This document shows, piece by piece, positions 28,890 through 37,684 of a stretch of 64,000 bases of DNA. Under the pieces are notes generated by a model, which did no database searches, was not told the DNA's origin, and worked only from the letters and a program-made list of their open reading frames with translations. Origin of the DNA: Fidelibacterota bacterium (GTDB taxonomy: Bacteria; Fidelibacterota; JAANXI01); NCBI GenBank assembly GCA_021734025.1, contig JAIPJS010000017.1, positions 6,165-70,164 on the forward strand, given 5' to 3'. Made by a program: the position numbers and the translations under genes. Numbering within the stretch: the first letter of the stretch is position 1; every line of letters begins with the position of its first letter.

Positions 28890-31229
28890 ATGATGAAACG
28901 TATTTCGATAATATTTGCAGCCGTTCTGGGGATAACAGTTACTGGTGTACAGCATACGCATGCCCAGCAGACCGGCGTCATTCAGGGCACTGTGGTGGAT
29001 GCCAAAACCCAGGAGCCGCTCATCGGTGTAAACGTGGTCGTGGTGGATACCGACCTCGGGGCATCTACCGATATGGAAGGCTTTTACCGCATAACGGGCG
29101 TGCCGATCGGTACCGAGCGGCTCCGTTTTTCTTATATCGGATATGAAACACTTCTCCGGACGGACGTCATCGTCACCCGCAACAAACCGGCGCAGGAGAA
29201 CGCCGAACTCCAGCCGCAGGCAGTAGAGGGAGAAGAGGTCGTTGTGACCGCAGGTTATTTTGAGGAATTGCGAAAAGCCCAGACCAGCAAGATCCAACTC
29301 TCCAAGGAAGAGATTCGACGGTTTCCCGGTGGCTTCGAGGATGTGGTGCGAACGGTGGCAGCCCTGCCGGGAGTAGCCATAAATAACGATGGTGGCAGAA
29401 ACGACTTGCTGGTGAGGGGCGGCGGCCCGTCGGAAAATTTATACCTGATCAATAATATAGAAATCCCCAACATTAATCATTTTGGCTCCCAGGGGACGGG
29501 AAGCGGCTCCCTGAGTTTTATCAACCTGGATTTTGTGGATAAAGTGGACTTCTCCACCGGCGGATTCAGCGCGCAATACGGAGACAAGATGAGCTCTGTG
29601 CTGGCGCTGGATATGGCCGACGGACGGGAAGACCGGTTCGGGAGTAAGGTTTTAGTTTCCGCTACACAGTACGGGCTAAATGCCGAAGGTCCGCTGGGTA
29701 ACGATGGCAATTTCATCTACTCCATCCGTCGGAGCTACCTGGATCTCATTTTCGAGGCCAACGGACTGCCGTTCGTTCCGACATATACCGACTGGAATTT
29801 CGTCGCCAATTACGATGTGACACCTACGGATAAACTCTTTGTGTTGGGTATCGGCGCCTACGACGAAGTCAACCGGGATCAGAGCACCCTGGAGAGCCGG
29901 GTGTTCAACGCAGGTATTATGGACAATTCGCAGAACCGCTGGATCGGCGGACTGAACTACCGCCATCTGCTGGGCAGCGGGTATCTGGATTTCACCTTGA
30001 GTAACAATTATACGGATTTCCAGTTCAGCCAGGTGGATTCAGTCCAGACGGAATATTTTCGCAGCGAAGCTACCGAAGTGGAGACGAACCTGAAGTTGCA
30101 ACATTACTGGCGGCTGAGTAACAGTGTGAACCTGCTGAGCGGCGCATCGGTCAAGGATGTCCGGAATGAGAACACCACTACTTTCGCAGATACCATATAC
30201 AACCGGAACGGCGATCAGGTGCCGGTGAATTCGCTGGGCATACCGCAGCGGCTGGAGGAGAATTCCGACGCATTCAAGAACGCGCTCTTCTCGGAGATTC
30301 AATGGAAAATCACACCAAAATTGGAAGTTTCAACAGGCATCCGGGCGGATATTTACACCTTCCTGGATCAGCCATGGTACGTGGCGCCGCGATTCAAGAT
30401 GCGGTACGCGTTTAATGAGGTATTCAGCCTGAAATCCAGCGCCGGGATTTACTATCAGGCGCCCTCGTACGTCTGGGTGATCAACGATGTGAATACCCAG
30501 CTGAAGGCGCTGCGGAATAACATGGCGGTGGTCGGATTCGACTATCTGCTCGATGAGGATCTGCGGCTTTCGGTAGAATCCTATTACAAGGATTACCAGG
30601 ATCTACCCACCGGCGCCACACCCGGCACCGATTATCTGGTGATTACAAACACCGGCACCGGGTTCGGCGGACGGGAGAACGATTTCCAGTCCTTCGGCTA
30701 TTTTCCCATGGAATCAACAGCGTACGGCCACGCCTACGGATTCGAATTGTTTCTGCAGAAAAAATACTCCGAGGTGCCACATTACGGGAAGGCTAGTCTG
30801 ACTTACAGCAAGAGTGAATTCACTGCCGGCAACGGCAGGGTGCAGCCCGGCGAATTCGACCAGCGCTGGATCTTCAACCTGTACGGCGGATACAAGTTTA
30901 ACGCGGATTGGGAAATGAGCGGCAAATTCCGGTTCTTCACCGGCGCACCGTATACGCCGGTATATCGGCCATCGGAGAACGGCGGGGAGATTCAGAATCT
31001 GCCGGAAGAATACCTGTCGAAGCGACTCGAACCGGGACATCATCTGGACGTTCGGCTGAATCGGTACTGGAATTTTGAGAGCTGGACATTCATCGCATTC
31101 ATCGATATTCAGAACATCTACAACAATCGGATCCAGGTACGGCCGCGCTACGACTTCTGGGAGGACGAAGTCGTTGACCGGCAGGGCATCGGGATTTTGC
31201 CGTCGATTGGACTCAGCGCGGAGTTGTAG
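28890..31229 (+). CDS. TonB-dependent receptor-like outer-membrane protein with N-terminal carboxypeptidase-regulatory-like domain
   Basis: Signal peptide; CarbopepD_reg-like segment (GTVVDAKTQEPLIGVNVVVVDTDLGASTDMEGFYRI), plug-like region, long beta-barrel region; start chosen at internal ATG after AGGA RBS. Confidence 0.7.
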   Translation: MMKRISIIFAAVLGITVTGVQHTHAQQTGVIQGTVVDAKTQEPLIGVNVVVVDTDLGASTDMEGFYRITGVPIGTERLRFSYIGYETLLRTDVIVTRNKPAQENAELQPQAVEGEEVVVTAGYFEELRKAQTSKIQLSKEEIRRFPGGFEDVVRTVAALPGVAINNDGGRNDLLVRGGGPSENLYLINNIEIPNINHFGSQGTGSGSLSFINLDFVDKVDFSTGGFSAQYGDKMSSVLALDMADGREDRFGSKVLVSATQYGLNAEGPLGNDGNFIYSIRRSYLDLIFEANGLPFVPTYTDWNFVANYDVTPTDKLFVLGIGAYDEVNRDQSTLESRVFNAGIMDNSQNRWIGGLNYRHLLGSGYLDFTLSNNYTDFQFSQVDSVQTEYFRSEATEVETNLKLQHYWRLSNSVNLLSGASVKDVRNENTTTFADTIYNRNGDQVPVNSLGIPQRLEENSDAFKNALFSEIQWKITPKLEVSTGIRADIYTFLDQPWYVAPRFKMRYAFNEVFSLKSSAGIYYQAPSYVWVINDVNTQLKALRNNMAVVGFDYLLDEDLRLSVESYYKDYQDLPTGATPGTDYLVITNTGTGFGGRENDFQSFGYFPMESTAYGHAYGFELFLQKKYSEVPHYGKASLTYSKSEFTAGNGRVQPGEFDQRWIFNLYGGYKFNADWEMSGKFRFFTGAPYTPVYRPSENGGEIQNLPEEYLSKRLEPGHHLDVRLNRYWNFESWTFIAFIDIQNIYNNRIQVRPRYDFWEDEVVDRQGIGILPSIGLSAEL

Positions 31230-31263
31230 GATAGGGAATGGGGCAATTATGTAGTTCAGCTGA

Positions 31264-31312
31264 GTCATCATCCCGAGCGGAGGTTCTTCAGAACCGAAGC
31301 CGAGGGATCTCG
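31264..31312 (+). repeat. mosaic repeat R1-related copy
   Basis: GTCATCATCCCGAGCGG..CCGAGGGATCTCG related to 21636-21674 and 34989-35027. Confidence 0.45.
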
Positions 31313-31342
31313 TCAATTACACTGGGTGGTTTAAATTTCCGG

Positions 31343-31405
31343 CAAAGTAACACTTACCTCAAAGAGATCCCTGTGGGACAGAGGGCAAGACCTGGAAGGG
31401 TCGAT
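31343..31405 (+). repeat. repeat R3 copy 1 (..GTAACACTTACCTCAAAGAGATCCCTGTGGGACAG..)
   Basis: About 60-nt element repeated at 31567-31630 and in reverse orientation around 35128-35190. Confidence 0.6.
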
Positions 31406-31434
31406 AAAATTGGGAGATGAAAAACCAGGTTCAA

Positions 31435-31500
31435 CCTGTCATTTCGACCGAAGTGAACCTTTGGTTTTTAAAAGGTGAACGAAGCGGAAAAATCTCGTGA
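31435..31500 (+). repeat. repeat R2 (66 nt), copy 1
   Basis: CCTGTCATTTCGACCGAAGTGAACCTTTGGTTTTTAAAAGGTGAACGAAGCGGAAAAATCTCGTGA; second copy at 34651-34716 with 3 mismatches. Confidence 0.75.
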
Positions 31501-31566
31501 AAATCCAATAGGAATGGAAAAATAATTCAAATATTCCGGGATGACTTGCACTTTTTTTCTTGAGTG

Positions 31567-31630
31567 CAAAGTAACACTTACCTCAAAGAGACCCCTGTGG
31601 GACAGGGGTTAAGACCCTGGAAGGATCGGT
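31567..31630 (+). repeat. repeat R3 copy 2, ending 20 nt before the 31650 start
   Basis: Contains perfect hairpin ACCCCTGTGGGACAGGGGT. Confidence 0.6.
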
Positions 31631-31649
31631 TATACAAAGAAAGTGAAAA

Positions 31650-32294
31650 ATGAAGCATAAAATTAAACTCACTACCCTCTACCTCCTCCTCGGCGCCGGC
31701 GGACTCTGGCACTTGCTGGGATTGTTTCAGTCAGCGATGGCCTGGCTAGCCGGGCCGTTGCTGATTGGACTCGGTGTCTGGACTGCATGGGAGTGGTATC
31801 ACACATTATCTGAAAATCAGCGATGGCGGTATATAGGTTGGGCAACGTTCGTGATCGCGGGGAGTTTTCTCCTGGAGTGGATCGGCGTAAAAACCGGAGT
31901 GGTCTTCGGCGAGTACCATTACGGCACTGTACTTCAACCGCAAGTCGCCGGAGTGCCGGTCGCCATCGGCTTTGCCTGGCTGACGGTGATGCTCTCTTCG
32001 ACCGCTGTGGTCGGGAGGCTTCGATCCGGAATGCGGGGATGGGGACTGGTAATCGGTGGAGCGCTCTTTATGGTGACATTTGATGTGATATTAGAACTAG
32101 CCGCAATGAAACTCGGCTACTGGGAGTGGGAAGGCGTGCTGGTTCCGATACGGAATTATGTTGCCTGGTTTGCGGGCGGACTCATCTTCCTTTCCATTGG
32201 AGACCTGCTCAAGATTTTTCCGTCAAAAATTCCAAAGATTTTGATGCATATGTATTTTGCCCAGATATTGTATTTTGGGTTGGCGCTGATTTAA
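31650..32294 (+). CDS. carotenoid biosynthesis membrane protein (CruF-like, candidate carotenoid 1,2-hydratase)
   Basis: 214 aa polytopic membrane protein in a carotenoid gene neighbourhood; family assignment by context and architecture only. Confidence 0.45.
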   Translation: MKHKIKLTTLYLLLGAGGLWHLLGLFQSAMAWLAGPLLIGLGVWTAWEWYHTLSENQRWRYIGWATFVIAGSFLLEWIGVKTGVVFGEYHYGTVLQPQVAGVPVAIGFAWLTVMLSSTAVVGRLRSGMRGWGLVIGGALFMVTFDVILELAAMKLGYWEWEGVLVPIRNYVAWFAGGLIFLSIGDLLKIFPSKIPKILMHMYFAQILYFGLALI

Positions 32295-32307
32295 TAATTT
32301 TATAGAG

Positions 32308-32772
32308 GTGACTTTGAAAGTTTACAATATGGATGAAACGCAGGTATTGCCGATTTCTCTCGACGTGGCGTGGGATTTTTTCTCGGATCCGGCCAACCTG
32401 GAGGAAATTACGCCTCCGTGGCTGAAGTTCAGCATACAATCGCATGACGAGGGGGAGATGTATCCCGGAATGCTTATCCGGTACAAGGTCACCGCGCTGT
32501 TCGGCATTCCGATGAACTGGATCACCGAAATCACCCAGGTGAGGGAAGGGGAATACTTCATCGACGAGCAGCGGTTCGGTCCGTACAGGTTCTGGTATCA
32601 TCAGCATCATTTCAGCGAGGTTGAAAACGGGACGAAAATCAGGGATATTCTCCACTATGGACTGCCGTTTGGGATAATTGGAAGAATTGTACACGCAGTC
32701 AAAGTGAAGGGACAATTGCGGGAGATTTTTGAATATAGACACCGGATTTTGCGGGAACGATTTGGAGAATAA
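32308..32772 (+). CDS. SRPBCC domain protein
   Basis: 154 aa; ..VAWDFFSDPANLEEITPPWL.. typical of SRPBCC fold; GTG start. Confidence 0.7.
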   Translation: MTLKVYNMDETQVLPISLDVAWDFFSDPANLEEITPPWLKFSIQSHDEGEMYPGMLIRYKVTALFGIPMNWITEITQVREGEYFIDEQRFGPYRFWYHQHHFSEVENGTKIRDILHYGLPFGIIGRIVHAVKVKGQLREIFEYRHRILRERFGE

Positions 32773-32781
32773 TTGCGCTGT

Positions 32782-32808
32782 TTGGGGCTGAAGCCCCATT
32801 TGTTTTGT
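32782..32808 (+). terminator. rho-independent terminator candidate
   Basis: Hairpin GGGGCT-GA-AGCCCC followed by T-rich ATTTGTTTTG; second hairpin CCCCGCCATAGATGGCGGGG at 32818-32838. Confidence 0.45.
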
Positions 32809-32966
32809 GCCATTTAACCCCGCCATAGATGGCGGGGCTAGTCAATTTTGTCGCTATTCATTCATATGAATAGCCCCGGGCTTTCCCAAAGGGATCTCCA
32901 TGAGGCAGCCCGGGGATAAAGATAAACTACAAATGATTGGCCCATTAAGGCTATTGTCGCAACGAA

Positions 32967-34334
32967 ATGCAATCCAAAATCCACCCGAACCGAATTCAGC
33001 GATTAAACAACAAGAGCATCAGTCCGGACGGCTCGTACGTCCTCTACTGGATGCAGGCCTCTCAGCGGGCGGAGTGGAATCACGCGCTGGAGTATGCCAT
33101 CGAACGAGCAAACGCGATGGAAAAGCCGCTCATCGTGGTCTTCGGGATCACCGATGATTATCCCGACGCTAACGAGCGGCACTACGCGTTCATGCTTCAG
33201 GGCTTGCAGGAGGCACAGCAATCGCTCGCTGAACGCGGCATCCGAATGGTCATCCGGCACCAGCCGCCGGCAAGGGCGGCCATAGCATTTGCCAGAGATG
33301 CCGTTCTCGTCGTCACCGATCGAGGGTACCTCCGGTTCCAGCGGGTATGGCGGAGCGAGGTTGCGGAAAGTATCGAAATACCGCTGATTCAGGTGGAGAC
33401 AGGCGTCATTGTCCCGGTAGAAGTCGCCTCGGAGAAGCGGGAATACGCCGCCCGCACGATCCGACCAAAGATTCACCGGCATCTGGAGGAGTACCTGAAG
33501 CCCGTCGAACCGGTGGTATTGCATCACCACTCACTGGACATCAAATTTGAGTCCTTTGCCATAGATGATGTGGAGTCGGCACTTGCCAGCCTGGATATCG
33601 ATCCGAGTGTTCCACCAGTTGGTACTTTCACCGGCGGAACTTCGGAAGCGAAGAAACATCTCCGGGAATTCATCGAAAACAGGTTGGATCAATATGATAA
33701 CCTGCGAAACGATCCCACGAAGGAGTATCTCTCCAATATGAGCCCCTATCTGCAATTTGGGCAGATTTCGCCGCTCTATATTGCGATGCAGGTTGAGGAA
33801 ACCGAAAGTCCCGGAAAGGAGTCATACCTGGAAGAGTTAATCATCCGCCGGGAACTGAGTATGAATTTCTGCTATTATGACGAGAACTATGACAATTTTG
33901 AGTGTCTTCCGGGGTGGGCGAAGAAATCACTGGATAAGCACGCCGATGACGAGCGCGAATATCTCTACTCTCTAGAGGAGTTCGAAAACGCCAAGACCCA
34001 CGACCCGTACTGGAACGCCGCGCAAATGGAGATGGTGAAGACCGGCAAAATGCACGGCTACATGCGGATGTACTGGGGCAAGAAGATCCTGGAGTGGTCG
34101 GAGTCACCGCAGGAGGCGTACCAGATAGCCATCTTTCTCAACAACACGTACGAATTGGACGGCCGGAATCCCAACGGCTACGCCGGCGTGGCCTGGTGCT
34201 TCGGGAACCACGACCAGGGCTGGAAGGAACGACCTGTGTATGGCAAGGTGCGCTATATGAACGCGAACGGATTAAAGCGCAAGTTTGATGCGGAGGGGTA
34301 TGTGGAGAAGGTTAAAAGAATGGCACGCAGATGA
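32967..34334 (+). CDS. deoxyribodipyrimidine photolyase, class II CPD photolyase type
   Basis: Recalled class II photolyase signatures: ..YVLYWMQASQRAEWNHAL.., ..RNDPTKEYLSNMSPYLQFGQIS.., ..KTHDPYWNAAQMEMVKTGKMHGYMRMYWGKKILEWSESPQEA.. Confidence 0.85.
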   Translation: MQSKIHPNRIQRLNNKSISPDGSYVLYWMQASQRAEWNHALEYAIERANAMEKPLIVVFGITDDYPDANERHYAFMLQGLQEAQQSLAERGIRMVIRHQPPARAAIAFARDAVLVVTDRGYLRFQRVWRSEVAESIEIPLIQVETGVIVPVEVASEKREYAARTIRPKIHRHLEEYLKPVEPVVLHHHSLDIKFESFAIDDVESALASLDIDPSVPPVGTFTGGTSEAKKHLREFIENRLDQYDNLRNDPTKEYLSNMSPYLQFGQISPLYIAMQVEETESPGKESYLEELIIRRELSMNFCYYDENYDNFECLPGWAKKSLDKHADDEREYLYSLEEFENAKTHDPYWNAAQMEMVKTGKMHGYMRMYWGKKILEWSESPQEAYQIAIFLNNTYELDGRNPNGYAGVAWCFGNHDQGWKERPVYGKVRYMNANGLKRKFDAEGYVEKVKRMARR

Positions 34335-34392
34335 CGTGGAAAAAACGGATGACCACGGATTAATAGATTTGGTTAAACTAGATCAAGATGTA

Positions 34393-34627
34393 ACGACGTA
34401 ACATGCAGGGTGTGTGAAAATACGCAAGGGAACAATTGTGAGTAATCATCACATATTCCTTCTGGTAGAGACGTTTCTTGCCTGTCCCGAGATGTCGGGG
34501 GAAACGTCGCTACATACAATAGTAACAATGGCTTATCGAAGATTTTTATCGAGTGGGATTTCACTACGCTCAGAGGAAAAAATTCCTTGACAATGCATTC
34601 TCACACTGCCTCCATGCTATGTCTCTA
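34393..34627 (+). repeat. MITE-like structured element, copy B
   Basis: Homologous to 22000-22221 with shared terminal blocks and internal hairpins; compensatory changes in one stem (AGAGA/TCTCT versus AGGAA/TTCCT). Confidence 0.55.
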
Positions 34628-34650
34628 CTGCTTCCACTCATCTAATATTA

Positions 34651-34716
34651 CCTGTCATTTCGACCGAAGTGAGCCTTTGGTTTTTAAAAGGTGAACGAAG
34701 CGGAGAAATCTCGTGA
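34651..34716 (+). repeat. repeat R2, copy 2
   Basis: 66-nt near-identical copy of 31435-31500. Confidence 0.75.
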
Positions 34717-34988
34717 GTTAGACCGGAGATTCCGCTTCAACAGAACAACCCTTCATTTCCGGCTACACGATTTGTTGTCCCTTCCACACTCGGGGACTCT
34801 AATGATGGTGAATGGAGTCTCAAGAATGTGAGACGGAAAATAATTCAAATAGCCCGGAGTGCAGTGATATTGGCGGAATCCCTGGCGGTGAAAATGCCGA
34901 TTAAATTACGAGTTTCCTTAATCCTTGGCTTCCTCCGATAAAACGGTTTTCGCCAGAAATTAGAAAATATTAAAAGCAAAAAGTATAA

Positions 34989-35100
34989 GTCATTCCGAGC
35001 GAAACGAAGTGGAGTCGAGGAATCTCGTAAAGCCAACCTCTTGAGAGACAACCACGAGATCCTTCGACTCCCCCGACAAGTCGGGGTCGCTCAGGATGAC
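34989..35100 (+). repeat. 112-bp imperfect palindrome (R1 full element)
   Basis: 5' arm GTCATTCCGAGCGAAACGAAGTGGAGTCGAGGAATCTCG pairs with 3' arm CGAGATCCTTCGACTCC..TCGCTCAGGATGAC; internal hairpin CCCCGACAAGTCGGGG. Confidence 0.65.
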
Positions 35101-35202
35101 TGGTATTGTTTTCGACTGTATTCTTATGATCCTTTCAGGGCCTCGAGCACTGTCCCACAGGGATCTCTTTGAGGAAAGGGTCTGATAATACACGAGGAGA
35201 AT

Positions 35203-35238
35203 AACCGTCGGTGAGCCCTCTCAGGGTCACCGACGGTT
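35203..35238 (-). terminator. rho-independent terminator candidate for the M3 peptidase gene
   Basis: Perfect 11-bp-stem hairpin ACCGTCGGTGA..TCACCGACGGT 12 bp downstream of the minus-strand stop, followed on the minus strand by a short U-rich stretch. Confidence 0.5.
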
Positions 35239-35249
35239 ATCTTCGAAGT

Positions 35250-37343
35250 TTAGTTCAATCCCCGCCGTTTCAGCAATGGTTCGATGCCCGGTTCTCGTCC
35301 CCTGAAACTTTTATACAGATCCATGGGATCATCGGTGCCGCCCTTTGCCAGGATATTATTCCTGAATTTGGTCGCGGTTTCCGTGTCGAAGAGGCCGTTC
35401 TCTTTGAACGCCTGAAACGCATCGGCGTCCAGTACTTCCGCCCAGATGTAGCTGTAATAGCCGGAGGAATAGCCGCCGGAGAAGATGTGCTGGAAATACG
35501 GACTTCGATACCGGACAACTATCTCATCGATGAGTCCTATGTCATCCATGGATTCCTTCTCGAATTCGTTAACGCTCTGCTTCACCGGCTCGGTGAGGGT
35601 GTGCCAGTCCATATCCAGATACGCCGCGGCCAGATACTCTACCGTGGCGAATCCCTGGTTAAAGTGGCGGGCCTTCCGGATTTTTTCGATGAGTGCGTCC
35701 GGTATCGGTTCGCCGGTCTCATAGTGCCTGGCATACTGTTTCATCACTTCAGGCTCGGATGCCCAGTTCTCCATAATCTGGGACGGCATCTCCACGAAAT
35801 CTCTGGGAACATTTGTGCCGGCCAGCATCGGATAGGTAACATCCGAAAGGAGTCCGTGCAGACCGTGGCCAAATTCGTGGAACAGTGTCGAGACTTCATC
35901 GAAGGTCAGAAGCGCCGGTTTGCCGCCGCTCGGCTCGGAGAAGTTGAACACGTTGGTGATGATCGGATCGATGTCGCCGTCCAGCTTCTCCTGGGTGCGG
36001 TATTCGTTCATCCAGGCCCCGCCGCGTTTCGAAGCCCGGGGATGATAATCGGTGAACAGAATTCCCACGTGGGAACCGTCTGCTTCCTTGACCTCGTAAA
36101 CCTTCACATCTTCGTGATAGGTCGGAATATCATTGCGTTCCTCGAAGGTGAGGCCGTACAGTTTTTTGGCCACCATGAAGGCGCCCTCACGGACGTTTTC
36201 CAACTGGAAGTACGGGCGCAGAATCTCGTCGTCCACCGCATATTTCTGCTGCTTCACTTTTTCGGCGTAATACCACCAATCCCACGGCTGGAGTTCGAAG
36301 TCCCCGCCTTCCTCGTCGATGAGCGCCTGGAGGTTTTCGGCTTCCTCTTTGGCGCGCTCCAGCGCAGGTTCCCAAATCTGATCAATCAGCTCGTAGACCT
36401 GCTCCGGCTCCTTGGCCATGTTATCGGCGAGGACATAGTGAGCGTGAGTCGGAAATCCAAGCAACTTTGCCCGCTCGATGCGGAGAGTGGTCATTTCCCT
36501 TACGATTTCCTTGTTATCCAGGTCGTTGCCGTGGTTCCCACGGTTGATATATGCCTTCAGCATTTTTTCCCGGAGATCTCGTCTTTCGGAGTACTGGAGG
36601 AACGGAATCAGGCTCGGCTTGTGCGTGGTAAACACCCACTTATTTGAATTGCCACGCTCCTCGGCGGCCTCGGCTGCAGCGCTGATGACGCCGTCCGGCA
36701 GGCCTGCCAGGTCTTCCCGGTCGTCGATAACGAGTTCGAATTTATTTGTCTCTTTTAAAACGTTATCCCCGAACTGTACCGAAAGCACCGAGAGCCGCTC
36801 GTTGATCTTGCGGAGTTTCTTTTTGTCGGACTCGTTCAGGTTTGCGCCCCCTCGCACGAACATCTTATGGTATTCCTCAAGAAGTTTGTTTTGTTCCGCG
36901 GTGAGTTCCAGGGATTCGCGCTGATCGTAGATCGTTTTAACCCGGTCAAACAGCTGTGCGTTTAGTAAAATATTATCATGATGCGACGAAAGATTGGGAG
37001 CCACTTCTTTGGCGAGATCCTGCATCTCGTCGTTGGTGTGCGCCGAGGTGAGGTTATAGAAGACGTTGCTCACTTTATCCAGCAACTCACCTGAACGCTC
37101 CAGTGCCTCGATAGTATTAGCGAAGGTCGGCGCGTTCTCTGAGGAAGCGATAGCCTCCACCTCTTTGGCCTGCTCCTCGATTCCCGCCTCGAACGCCGGC
37201 ATATAGTGTTCTTCCTCGATTTCACTAAATGGCGGCACGCCGAACGGTGTGTTGTACTCGACAAAGAACGGATTTTGCTGTGGCTGACTACACATAACTA
37301 GTAACACTCCTGCTATTCCTATTATTAGCGTCAATCGTTTCAT
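35250..37343 (-). CDS. M3 family zinc metallopeptidase (peptidyl-dipeptidase Dcp / oligopeptidase-like), secreted or lipoprotein
   Basis: HEFGH zinc motif (..LFHEFGHGLHGLLSD..); N-terminal signal peptide with Cys (..IAGVLLVMCSQP); 697 aa. Confidence 0.85.
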   Translation of the reverse strand: MKRLTLIIGIAGVLLVMCSQPQQNPFFVEYNTPFGVPPFSEIEEEHYMPAFEAGIEEQAKEVEAIASSENAPTFANTIEALERSGELLDKVSNVFYNLTSAHTNDEMQDLAKEVAPNLSSHHDNILLNAQLFDRVKTIYDQRESLELTAEQNKLLEEYHKMFVRGGANLNESDKKKLRKINERLSVLSVQFGDNVLKETNKFELVIDDREDLAGLPDGVISAAAEAAEERGNSNKWVFTTHKPSLIPFLQYSERRDLREKMLKAYINRGNHGNDLDNKEIVREMTTLRIERAKLLGFPTHAHYVLADNMAKEPEQVYELIDQIWEPALERAKEEAENLQALIDEEGGDFELQPWDWWYYAEKVKQQKYAVDDEILRPYFQLENVREGAFMVAKKLYGLTFEERNDIPTYHEDVKVYEVKEADGSHVGILFTDYHPRASKRGGAWMNEYRTQEKLDGDIDPIITNVFNFSEPSGGKPALLTFDEVSTLFHEFGHGLHGLLSDVTYPMLAGTNVPRDFVEMPSQIMENWASEPEVMKQYARHYETGEPIPDALIEKIRKARHFNQGFATVEYLAAAYLDMDWHTLTEPVKQSVNEFEKESMDDIGLIDEIVVRYRSPYFQHIFSGGYSSGYYSYIWAEVLDADAFQAFKENGLFDTETATKFRNNILAKGGTDDPMDLYKSFRGREPGIEPLLKRRGLN

Positions 37344-37499
37344 CGGACTCCTCCTGTAAAGAATACTCTATTTGCATAGATGTTGGGGGAAACTTGGTAC
37401 CGGTGAATGGATGTAATAATAATTCGGGTAATCATAAATGATCTCAAAAAAGAGATATGAAGATAGTGAGGCCGGGGAGAGAAAGCAATTGGTGTATAA

Positions 37500-37526
37500 A
37501 AGCCAGTGTTACGGTGTTATTGTGTT
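37500..37526 (-). repeat. octamer NNRAACAC module, minus-strand orientation (upstream of the M3 peptidase gene)
   Basis: Reverse complement reads CTAAAACAC AATAACAC CGTAACAC. Confidence 0.5.
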
Positions 37527-37684
37527 TTAGTTGGAGAAGTTCTTAATCGTAATCCTACTCTTAATCTTACTCCGTTTGTTTGTAGTTAGTTGTTGGTAAA
37601 ACTCCGCTTGTGTATCTGTTTTCACCTTTCTATGTGGATAAAAACTTTCTCGAGTTGTTTTTGGACGTCACAGAAAATTGATTG

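Noticed and set aside
21000-35250. CRISPR array
   Set aside because: Repeats are long, heterogeneous, partly palindromic and not regularly interspaced with unique spacers; no cas genes present
35211-36647. 478-aa + strand ORF
   Set aside because: Lies entirely antisense within the M3 peptidase gene, which carries the HEFGH zinc motif and signal peptide; translation is low-complexity with no motif
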